A stretch of 64,000 nucleotides of DNA from Octopus bimaculoides. Lineage: Eukaryota. The notes beneath the pieces are model-generated. The model was not told the origin of the DNA and did not search any database. It saw only the letters and a list, made by a program, of their open reading frames with translations. The stretch spans positions 135,028,049-135,092,048 of the forward strand of contig NC_068983.1 of assembly GCF_001194135.2 (NCBI RefSeq), in the 5' to 3' direction. The stretch's first letter is position 1. Each line of letters starts with the position of its first letter. The position numbers and the translations under genes were made by a program. Shown piece by piece: positions 44,543 through 56,700 of the stretch.

Positions 44543-47500
44543 CCAACTCATTCCAGCATGGAAAACAGATGTTAAATGTTGATGATGATGTTGTTGTTAC
44601 ACATAACAGAAGTTTCTGTTGAATGTTGAAATCTCTCTTTGAATTCAGATACTGAATGACTGAAAAAGTTTCTGAAAAGCTTGGCTAAACAGTAACTCTA
44701 GTGCCATCTAGAGTTCTCCAACAAACTAGTGTTCAAAGAAATGCTATACACTCTAAAGCAGAAATCAAATTCCTCACAAAGAAGTAGTCAGATAACAAAG
44801 GCACTTAGCAACGACAGCCTCCTGAGAGAGGTGTACAAATATACAACAACCAACTAACCAGATGCGTCTACTAAATATGGCTCCATGCATCTTTTCCAGC
44901 TGTTCAAGAATTCTATCAATATACAAAAATGAACAAAACACGAGAGACAGACACTTACAGCAGTATTTCTCTTCACAGATCTGTGCTTATGTTACCTTTG
45001 ACTGATTTAATATTTACCTTGATGATACTGTTCACCTAGGTATCTAGTGTGGATTTAGGTCACTGGCAAATAAAAATATTAGTGTCACCAAGTATCACAG
45101 AACTAAAAATGCAGAAGGCTACTTCCATTGATGCATTAGACAACTTACTGCTATCTATTCACATACACAACAATACCTGCCACTTAGATATAGAACTGTG
45201 TTTCTGTAATTTAATATTTTTTTCATAGTGACTAATCCATTGGTAAACACCATGGTTAATATTCTCTCTAATTGGCACAAGTGCTTGAGAATGATTTGTG
45301 TGCGTGTGTGTATGTCTTCAGAAGAGATCTGTTCTTGATTCTGTTTCCAGAATTTCTATTTGAATAATAGCTTCTAATCTGCATGCCAAATAGAATGATT
45401 AGTCATCTGAGGTTACAATGAAATCATGGTAGCTACTGCTCATTCTATTGGTGAGATATTTGTAGATTTTTCCTGTTTCAAATGTTACCAAGCAAGAATA
45501 TATTCTTGTGTCTGTCCTCTTCAAGCTGTTCTGCAGGCTGCATTCAGTAACTTTGGCAGCAATAAGAATGATATATCCAGTTCTGATTCTTTAATTCATA
45601 ATAACATGGACAAAATCCAGCAAAATAATGATTACCTATTTATTTCTAACATCTACATTGGACATTTCTCAGTACATTGTTGAATGCAGTTTTTCTGCTC
45701 AAAATCTTATGGGCAGGGTGTGATTTGAAGATTTGGCTGAAGGTAAGTAAATGGGAAAGAATTGAAATGAAGGACTGGTGAAAAGGTGGAAGGCCAACCA
45801 AGTGAGAGAGTTTAAGGTTCAGAATTCTGGAATGAGAGGTAAATGAAAGGGGAAAGAAGTTAAGTATAGTGGGGAAAGTAAACAAGTAGTTCATTTTCTT
45901 AAATGGGTTCCCTCCCCTCCCTTGAACTCCTTGTATTTCCTTTTTAACCCTTGTTGAGGTATTGATTCTTTCTACTTTCCCTCGCCAGTTCTTATAGTTA
46001 TCTCCTTTCATTCTCTTTACATTCCAGGCTTTAAATCCAAGACTAGTCTAGCATGGCATTTATATCACTATGGTGGTAAAATGCTCAAACCTCATCAATT
46101 CCCCTCATCTTGCAATGCTTATAAAACTAAAAATAGCATACATGGAAAAAGCAAAAAGAAAAGCTACCAACAGATATACTTGAGTATAATCAAGAAACCA
46201 TTATTTATACGAAAGATTTCTCCCTCCCTCTCTTTTTATATCTCATGCTTTCTCATTTTATATCTCTCTCTCACCTTTATAACAATTCACAGGGGAAATG
46301 TCCTCAGTTCTTACCAACCATAGTTATTAAGAACCCCTTTCTGCAACAGCAGAAGTTGCGAAGGTTATGAAGACTTCCTTTCTATCTTGAAGTATGTCAA
46401 ATTTCATGCAATGAATATGATAAGATGTAAAATGAGAGGAAAGAGATGACTAAAAAACAGTGACAGTCTCCTAAATAAGAAATACTGCTTCATCCTGTTT
46501 ATTTCTGGGTGGTTGAGAACTTTGTTTCTCAACCATGTGGTTTAGGGTTCAGTCCCACTGCATGGTTGAGTGTCTTACTTTAGCCCCAGATCAAACAAGG
46601 TCTTTTTACTGGATATGGTAGGTGGAAACTGAAAGATGACAAGCATAGTGTGTGCACGCATGCAGTGTCATTTGCTTCCCGTGTAAAACAGGTTCATCCT
46701 CTAGCATTTTAAACACTATGAAGATTAATACTGCAATTCATAGAATGTAATATCTGAACATTAAATAAATATAAATACTATCTATACACCATTATCTGAA
46801 AGAGACATGAGAAACAAAATTTGCTGTCAAAGTTGTTTCTGTACCTCATACTACCACTACATTAAAACTGTCACGTTTTCAACACTGCTTTACCAAAGAG
46901 AACCTCAGGCCCAAGATCTTTGCCATTCATTTATTGTAGGAATGTTTGAGTTGTTTAAGTTTGAAAGCATCTTTGAGAAAGAGCAAAGCTGTTTCAAGTC
47001 AGATATAAATCAACAAGATTACTAAAAACTGTATTTGTACCTTAATATGAAGGTATAGACACAATAAAGCACTTTGCTTTATTGCTTACATTTTGTATTT
47101 AAGACAAATTTAATATATAAACAGATATGTGGTGCATGATGGGGAAAAAAGTCTTCAGCTTTGTGTGTGTGTGAGAGAAAGAGAGAGAGAGATGTGAAGA
47201 GAAATTTCAATCTTCTGTGAATTTGCAGGAAAATGGTCTGCTGGAGAATATCCAAAAATGAACACCACAGGAACCTGCTTATACATGTACCCAAGAATGT
47301 TACAATTTACAGTTAGTTCAATCTTAAGATTGTCAAGCTACATGTTGAAACACATAGTTTGTAATATGTGACATGCATTTTGTATATAGTCCACCTAGCT
47401 GAGGGAAGCACATACAATACATTTAAGTCAAATAATAACATACAGACTCAAAATGATAAAGGAGAAATTTCACATAAAACTAGTATTTGGTTACTTTTCT

Positions 47501-48412
47501 AGTTGAGACATAAAATGCCAAGAAGCCTTTTGTACACCGATTCTGTTAATCTAGCAGGTCACAAAAATGGAAAGATTTCTAAGAGACAGGATGTGCACCT
47601 TAAATTGCAGCCAGTACCAACACAGACTTTTTTCACTCAAAAGGGAAAGAGTCTAAAATAAGATGCATGGCAATTGAACTTATCAAACTCCATTTGACTA
47701 ATTACTGCTGACACAGATCACTAATTGTCATGTATTCACAATCACCATAAGAATGTAAAATGTTGGTCTCCAGAAAGAAAGGTCATTGAGAACATTCTCA
47801 AACACAATATCAATGCTAAATTGAGCTATAGTCAAAAGCAATTCCAGACAACCAAGAAAAAATGAAGTGATGTTATACCATATCAATTTGCTGCCAAATA
47901 AATGATTTGGTAAAAGAAACATTGAAATGAGGAAAGCAATTTGGTGATTTTACAATACCAAGATGTAATTGTATAAGAAAAATTTCACACTAAGGTTGTG
48001 TTCCAGCAGTCTTGATGGTTGATACAAAGATTTGGAAGTTGTAGAATATAATTTACAGTAACTATTAAAGGCACTAAGTTGGCATATTTACTCTACAAAT
48101 GATAGGTCCTAAGACTGGTTAGTGAAAGCATGTGGGTCGAATGGTTAAATTGTTTGAATCCTCAATTATAAGGTTTGGTTCCTACACCAGGTGGCACAAT
48201 GGATACATGGACAGACATTTCCCATTGTCACAATCCATTTAGCTAAAAATGAGTGATGTCAGTGATACTTCACAAGCCTGAAATTTTGCAAATGCATATT
48301 AATGAACTTCAAGCTTTACACAAATGAGTTTTTTTTTATTTTTTAAATTGAGGTATTTATGTAGCGTATACTCAAGTGAAATTCCTCTCTATTATATATA
48401 CATACATACGAA

Positions 48413-49280
48413 TGTAATAGATAACAGCTAGCCTTTGGCCGCATTTTGGACCCCACTGTGTCCATTATTATTGATTGGTATTGGGGCAATTTGTCTTACT
48501 CTATCGCGCCAATACACAACATATAACCAATTGAAGCCCCTAAATAAGGTCATGCGTGACAGCCTGTTCTCAACTCAGTTTTGAGCCTATAACTCATTAT
48601 AAAAACCCAGCTTCTCATCTCGATGTCTTTCGGTTCCAGACCTTTTAAGCTCTAGCCACTGGCCACACAGGACACAGCCAGTTCCAGCGACAACAAAACA
48701 GCAGTCATGTGGAGACTCACCAGCTTTGTCCATCTCCATCATTGTCCTAACATCAACATCTCTACAAACACACCTCAACCTGGTTACAACACTGCACTGT
48801 TCATAAATTACTTCACCATAGATCAACAGCAGATATACAACCTGCAAGAACTTCTGTACCAGTTGACCCAGACAGCAGCATCACAGCCACAACCAGCTCT
48901 GCATCATTGCTGCAACTTCTTGATACTACGAACTGGTATTTATCATTTCTGTGTCGATGAACTTACTCCTCACTTCGATGGCTATAGACTCTTTCACTGT
49001 CTCTTCATCGCCAACCTTTTATGTTAACACATACGGCTATGCCTACGTACACACGCATACATCTTATTCTTATGACAGTGTTGTTCTGTATATACGATGC
49101 ACACACAATCACACATTAACGTATCAATAAATCTCTTAAACATTCTACCTGGTTGTGTCTTTTTTTCCCTCTGGCATATATATGCATTGTTCTATTTCTA
49201 TTTATTGTATCGACCGTGTGATGTACTAAGGAGCCATTCTCGTCTCCTTGCTTTGCACAGATGTTACAAATTGGTGACCC
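48413..49280 (+). mobile_element. LTR (48413-49268) followed by a PBS (49272-49280); internal region lost
   Basis: TGTAA...TTACA termini; internal CCAAT boxes, TATAAAAA at 48598 and AATAAA near 49126; TGGTGACCC starts 3 nt after the LTR. Confidence 0.7.
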
Positions 49281-49399
49281 ATTCCAGCTCGTTGAAACTA
49301 CAAAAATAATTATAATAGGAAGAGGAGATACTCCACAGGTATTACAAACCTTCCATTCCATTATATACTTATAACAAATGAATAAAGGGCAACATTCGA

Positions 49400-49685
49400 G
49401 CAAGATCATTGCCAGTACTGCCGGACTGGCTCCTGTGCAGGTGGCACGTAAAATACACCATTTTGAGCGTGGCCGTTGCGAGTACCGCCTGACTGGCCTT
49501 TGTGCCGGTGGTAGTAAAAGCACCCACTACACTCTTGGAGTGGTTGGCATTAAGAAGAGCATCCAGCTGTAGAAACTGCCAAATCAGATTGGAACCTGAT
49601 GTAGCCATCTGGTTCGCCAGTCCTCAGTCAAATCGTCGAACCCATGATAGCATGGAAGGTGGAGGTTAAACGATAATGATGATAC
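49400..49685 (+). mobile_element. RTE 3' UTR/tail copy
   Basis: Matches 39930-40210. Confidence 0.75.
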
Positions 49686-50630
49686 ACTGCAAAAAAAACA
49701 ATGAACTATTTGGTCACATATACACTATCCACCATTTAACGTCTGCTTTTCATGCTGAACTGACATTGGTTGGACAGTTTGACTGAGGACTGGCAAATGC
49801 TTCAATATTTTTATGCAAGACTCCAACAATGAAATTATCTCCCTTGTAAAGTAAAGAGTTTTTGAGAAAAAGAAAAAACGACGCAAAGTTGATTTGGTTG
49901 ATTTAAGAGACCAGGAGTGAAACATTGTTATCAAATTTTGCATCTGGACAACTTTAGAATTTAAGTTAAATTTTCTGGTGTATTTTGAAACTAACTATAG
50001 AATAGATAGTGGCAGTTAAATTTGTAACTAAGAAATTATATTAAATAAGAGGAATAGAAGTTTTAATGTAATTTCGAGGAACACAAATCCTTGACAGTCC
50101 TTTGGTTAAAATCAAGACATGGTTAATCATGTTTAATTCTAAGAACTTGAATACACTTCAAATATCTCAAAAGACTGAAGACGTTGTTGAGCTTTTTAAG
50201 CAAAAAAAGTGCATAAAATCCAATCCCAAGTCAAATGTGTAGTTTCTTTATCCTAGATGGTCTCATTCCATGTGAGCAACTAACTTTAAAAAAAAAAAAA
50301 ATTCCTCTTGGTCAATTTGGTACTTTTTCAATTCAAATACGATGGAAATTTTCCATTATAGTAAACATCAACTGATCTAATAAGAAAAACAAATACAAGT
50401 ATTATGAAAACTGTTCCTGTCTTTAACCAAAGATGTAGTTTGTTCATTTGTAAAATCATTAACATCACTAAAGCACAAGAAGGTTTAAGGTTTTTATTTT
50501 CACCTGCATGGCAAAAGCCTTTTACAGTCTAATAGTTGGTATCTGATATTTTTCAAACAGAACTTCTAACATAGTAGACTTATTTTGTTATCTAAACCCA
50601 GATACGTTTTTATTTTACAATTGAAAAAAG

Positions 50631-50773
50631 TTAACTGCTGGTTTCCTCACGAATGATCTCATTGACACCTCTCATCATTTCAGTGACAGCCTCATACTCT
50701 GTGAGACCCATACGGCGTTTATTAGAGATATCATAGACACCGCCAACACTTTCTGTATGTTCACCATGGATAC
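50631..50773 (-). CDS. AK: AK coding exon 6 ([25 protein letters not shown]...IREETSS*)
   Basis: Acceptor ttttag; stop TAA at 50633-50631. Confidence 0.96.
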
Positions 50774-53700
50774 CTAAAATTGAAATAAAAATTAATAAAT
50801 ATTGAATATTTAAAATTAAAAGGTTCTAAAAAATTTTATATCTCAAATTTCAAAAAATGCAAGAAGGCAAAATCTTTTACCTCTGGCCTGGAGGTTGTAT
50901 TTGTCGCAGATACTTTTGAAGTCTGGTCTCTGAGAAAGCTTAGGGATCTTAATATGCACACTAGCCCTCATGGTAGTACCCAAGTTGCTTGGGCAGAATG
51001 TCAAGTAACCCATGTTGTCTTTCTTTGCAAACTTCAGTTTCTTCTCCATTTGATGGATAGCCTTGAAAAAGATGATTGATTAAATATAAAATATGGACAT
51101 AAAAATTTGCAATTAAAAAAAATCTGTTTTACTTAAGTTTTAAGTTAAAGATCTGATTATTCCTATGAATGGAAGGTTACAGAACTTATCTTGAAAGAAA
51201 TCTCAATTTAATATTAGGGAATACTCTTCAAAACAGTAAATGAAGAAACCACTTTGGTCTTTTTTTTAAACCATCCAGAATCTAAAACCTAACCAATATA
51301 AGTTGAGGGGACCTCTACTTTACCATGTTAAAAGCAACTAAATACATATCAAGAAGCAGGGATACACACTATACAACAGTATGATCATAGCTGGAATATT
51401 TTTCAGGCCAGCCTGAGGCTAAACAATGTTTTAAGAGATATTACTATATTGTATAAACTTAGTCTTCTTTTATGAACCACCTCTTGGCAATGTTTATAAA
51501 GTGATTGAGAAAGTATTAAAAAAAAAAAAGAAAACTATTCAAATTCTAAATACCACTTAAATTTACTTTGATATGTTATTTCAGCATATTTATATCTTTA
51601 GAACAGTAAATGGCAGTTAAATTAATAAACGAAGCAGTTAAATTGTATATTCCTTAACAGAAGGTTTATGAGACTAATTAAATGAATTTTTTAAAGTTTC
51701 ATAGAATAATTTAACAAATTAGTGGGTAGTGTATTTATACTGAGAACTAGAAGAGTAGAATTAAAATTACTGTTAGAGAGAGAGAGAGTGTGTGTGTGTG
51801 TGTGTGNNNNNNNNNNAAAAAAAAAAAAAAAAAAAAAACTATATAAGCAGCAAGCTTGAAGTGGAAAGTATGAAAGAGGAACAAAGTCTTCATAAACAGT
51901 GTAGTCCAAGTGGAAGTGTTACTAGAAATGGGATGAAGAGAATCAGAAGCTAATGGAACCAAGAGATATCAGCTTTAGATAATAGTTTAGAATTTGTAAA
52001 ATGAATCCATACAAACAAACTGAAGTTTTAATTGGATAGGGTAATTTTTAAACATTGAGAGCACTAAATGTTTACTCTACAATTAGTCATATGAACAGAT
52101 GCATTTCAGCTATGAATAAGCTTTTTCAGGTTTGGTGTAACTAAGACTATCACCCATCAAATGTAGTCCTTATAAATGATATGAGCATGATAAAGATGAC
52201 CGATAATAAAATTACTGGTAACTAATATATAAACATCTAGTACATCCAACTCTGACCAAAATTGAATCTACCATTAAACTTTGCTCAACAACCAATGCAA
52301 GTTTAAAAAATATCCCCTAATCCAAAGCAGTCAATCTTTCCTGTTAACAGTTTCATCTTGTGGAAATCAAAAGCAAAGAAAATTTTTATATGTATAGAAA
52401 GTGGAGAATTCTAATTCAGATACTTACATTGACCAACCTCTTGTAGACTTCACCCAAGTTACCACCCTTCTGCATGGAAATCAACCTAAGATGATCTTCC
52501 TCATTGACCCAGCACAGAAAAGTCTTATTGGCACTGAAGTAGATGCCTCTGCCAACAGGCCAGTCATCATAACCACTAGCTGCCTTCAAGAATCTGAAAT
52601 GTAATAATGGATCAGTTGCAATGGTATATAAGGTGGTTGTACATGCCTAGATTACAAGCAAGAAGAATAAAAGAATTCAAAGCAGCAATGTAGGTTTCTT
52701 GATATTCACAATTCTTGTCCAACAGAAACAAAATGTTTTATCAAAACCATGTACAGCTTTGATTAAACAAACAAAAAATTGAAGTAAATACATTTAAAAA
52801 CATACATACATTCATCTACTTATTTCACTTTTAGAAAGAAAAAAAATTATTTCCAAAAGATAATTGTGCAATCTTTGCCCCTCAAATGCTTGTACTTATG
52901 AACTTAATATTATTAACATACTGGGTTTTTGTTTTCCTCCCTTACAGTACATCCCACTGTGTTCTTTTCTCTGTGTGATTTTTACTCAATCTCACCCAGA
53001 ATTTGAAAAAACTAAAACAAGGACACAAGCCATAGCTCCTTTATCAGACATTTTATTTGTACACTAAAACACATATTCATCCACCATTTTAAATAGTCTG
53101 ATAACACATTCATCTCTCAGTCATATTAAAAGTAATTAGCTCATAAATATTTCATTTGCTAACGATGAGGACCATCCTTTCTTGCAATGAATATCAGAAT
53201 ATTCATTAGAAATTAAATGCTATTAGAAGTTATTTTATGCTGAAGGGCAGGGAGTTTTATGTATCTCCTTCCAATTACGCTACACTGTACCTTAGAATAT
53301 ATCTAGAGTTTTTGACAATATGAAATGTATAGACAGATGTAAACACTATCTAAATATCTTGGTGTACAAACATTGAGGGATTAATCAGAGTAGTTTCAAT
53401 CCAATTTGGATTTCAATGACTGAGCCCCCTCTTCAACTGTTCACTGAAAACTGCCTACAAGCCCATTATTATTAAGGGGTAAAGCAAATCAGACTAATTT
53501 GCACATTATGTATTATCTAGTTTGATGAATAAATTACTGGTGCATCAGTCAATTTGTTTCAATGCTACCCTGCAAAATATATCAAAAGACAGTGTTTACA
53601 TCTGTCTGTACACATGCTGGCATGGAAATGATGATTTGAGCTAATACTACATATAGACAAATGTATACACTTTGTCTTTTTGTATTTAAAAGACATTATA

Positions 53701-56700
53701 GAGTTCCTTTTCCATCAAAAGGATGCAATGTATAATTGTGTGGTTAAGAAGAAGTTCACTTTGCAATCACAAGGTTTGGGGTTCTACCAGTTGCATAATA
53801 ATTTGAGTGTCTTCTGTCAAAGCTTTAAAGGTGACCAATACATTTCAAGAGAAAGTTTAGAAACTGTATGGAAGTCAGCCAAACACACACACACACACAC
53901 AGTGTATATTGTTTATCTCAGCAAAGAAAGCAGAATATCCATGACTAGTATTCTGCTTTCTTTGCTAATGTTTATATCCTTCACCAATGAGGTCTGATGA
54001 GATGTTTGTTCCACACAGACTCCATTGTCACTTGGTGTAAGAAACTGTACCAGTAATCAACTAATTATCAACCTGTGATCTGCAACACTATTATTTACAA
54101 ATTGCAATATGAAAACAGCAAAGTGAATAATTTCTTCAATATCAGCAGACCAAAAATATTTTAACTTTTCCCTCTAAATTATTGAGTCAGCAGTAATTAT
54201 GACACAATTTAAGTAGAATTTTTAAAATGATGAAATCCCCAACAGAATAGAGCAATCACAACTTTAACTAACCTGTCAGAATCGTTAAAGAGGAAATGAT
54301 CGTCAGTCAGTTGCTTCTGAACTTCAGGAGTCATGTTGCTGAGGGGGTAATAGCTACCAGCCAATTCACCGTCAAGGGATTTCAAAGCCTCAACGGACAC
54401 TTGTTCCATTTTAACACGGTCCTATTGAAAATAAAATCATTTAAATAATAAAATTACAAGGATTTAAAAGAGATTTACAATAAACAACTTTAAAATATTA
54501 ATAAATGTACTTTTTACAAGATAAGCACTGATGAAGTGAACAGTTCATCTAGACATTTGGTTAATATTCAGTTCCTAAATGAAAATTATCTAATCCCAAT
54601 CTTGAATTTGTACAATTTTAGAAGACAAATTTTTCTTAATTACAAACACAATCTAAGTGCAACTCAAGAAAATATTTTTAATAAAGCAAGCTTTATTATA
54701 TATGCATCTTAACATGGCAAAAAAGTCATAAACATTACACTCTTTCATTAAAAGTTTGAATACCCTCAAATTACTAAATATTAGCTACCAAGATAAAAAC
54801 GCTCTATTTTAGATAAGTGTAAAGCAATATACCTCTTTCTTAAGAACTGGTGGGAAGCCAAAACTGTCGTGGCTCCTGCCTACGCGGACACGTGTAGATA
54901 CAATCAAGTTACCAGATGGATCAAGATCACCGATGTTCAAGTTATTGACATCACCAAAGTCTGGAACTGGGTGGGAGACTTTATCAATTTTATGGTAGTC
55001 CATGATAACGGCATCAAGGACTTCAGCAAATACAGTGTATGCATCGGGATCGCTAGCGTAGATACCTACACCGCTGTCAGGGTTTTTGCAACCTAGAAAA
55101 TTAAGGAAAATATGGTCAAGAATTTATACGGAAAAAGAATTTATACGGTAAAAGTTTGGTCAAGCATGAATTTGAATACCTAGTGCAAAACTGTATGATA
55201 AATAAGATTGGCAATTTATATAGCAAACTTCAAATTCTTAGTCTCAATTCGAAAGTAAATCTGCAAGAAATATGAACGTTCAATACAATACTAGAAAAAT
55301 TACCTAATTCAAGCAAAGATAAACGATTTTGCATCTCATGACATCGCTATTCAAGGAGACACTGGTAATATCAACAGGAAAATATTTCTATAACAAAATT
55401 GGCAATACAAACAGCCCATAAATATTTTAATAGATAAGAGGAGATTCTTCATTCCACCGTAACGTAAACAGAAACCAGATGGAAAAAATAAAATAAAAGG
55501 CTCGAAATTATACGAGCTATGATAAGAAAATCAAACTAATTACAAAAAAAAACAAAAACAAAAAAAACTGTACTTTTACGGCTTGAATTTTTCAAAAACA
55601 TTTAAGACTAATTTTGATTGTTGTGCTTTCGCTAAAAACCACTCGTGCGCAGTCATTTCAACACTATACTGGTCATCACGTCGTCGCTTATTCCAGAATA
55701 ATCTGGTACAGTCACTAGAATAGAAAATATCTAACATTCATAGTATATTCTGGTTTCCGTATTTCATCGAGTTAACTATATAGCCAAATGAGATTATGAA
55801 ATTTATGCCGTTCCCAAGAAGTCAGTGACGAAATAGTTACAAATTAAAAACAAGGTCTAAGTTACACAATCAGGAAATTGACTCCATTGTTTGGCTGTTT
55901 ACTCGGGATTCTACACATTGTAAACAAAAATTCCTGGATGATTATTAATTTACATTACTTCTCCAAAACACTCTTTAATATCTATTAAATGTTCAACATA
56001 TTGCATCCCCACTTCTGTAGTTAATTCACTTCAATTCTTCCAACCATAAAATACTAACCTAGAATTCAACCATAGCTTTATATTTCCACTATCCATCACA
56101 AAGTCTAAAGACCAAGAAAGCTGGTAAAGACAAATCGTTTGGAAAATGTGAGGAAGAGCAGTTATTTCGATTCAATTGTTGGCGATCATTCGTTTGAAGA
56201 TCATAAAGTGAAAGTGAAGCACATTCAAAGTTTCTACTGCTTCCGTCTATCAAATCCACTCACCGGTCAGTCCAGGATACAGCAAAAAGGCACGCTCTTT
56301 TACTTGATGCTTCACTTTGTGATCAACTGAAAGCCCACCCAATTTTCCCTATTTAAATCATTTATCCTCTGGGCATTCGACATGTTTGGCTTTACTTGCC
56401 AGATTATCCGCAGATAATAAAACGAGAAAATCCTACGATGTTTGAAATGGACAATGTTTCGTCCACTATTCTGCATTTTAAAACTAATTGGTTTGTTTAA
56501 AAAGATGTATATGCGAATCGACTTGAACGTTTTGGTACATAATTTGTCTGACAATAAAGGTATAAAAAGGCAAATTTCACTAAGGAGGAAGTTAAAAGAA
56601 AATTAAATAATAAATTGCCTTTATTGCAGAAAACCTATGCAAAGACAATGAAAGTAATGTCCTCAATAATAAAAATATTAGTTTCTTTCAGCCAAACTAT

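Noticed and set aside
45646-46011. 121-aa minus-strand ORF in the intergenic region
   Set aside because: No motif I recognise and no splice support; lies in purine/pyrimidine-skewed, probably repeat-derived DNA
48707-49027. 106-aa Q/H-rich ORF inside the LTR
   Set aside because: No recognisable domain; explained by the CA-rich LTR composition
53161-53190. Plus-strand NDEDHPFLQ, resembling the AK NEEDH motif, inside AK intron 3
   Set aside because: It is on the wrong strand, ends in a stop, has no splice context and no further similarity. The real exon is at 52428-52593.
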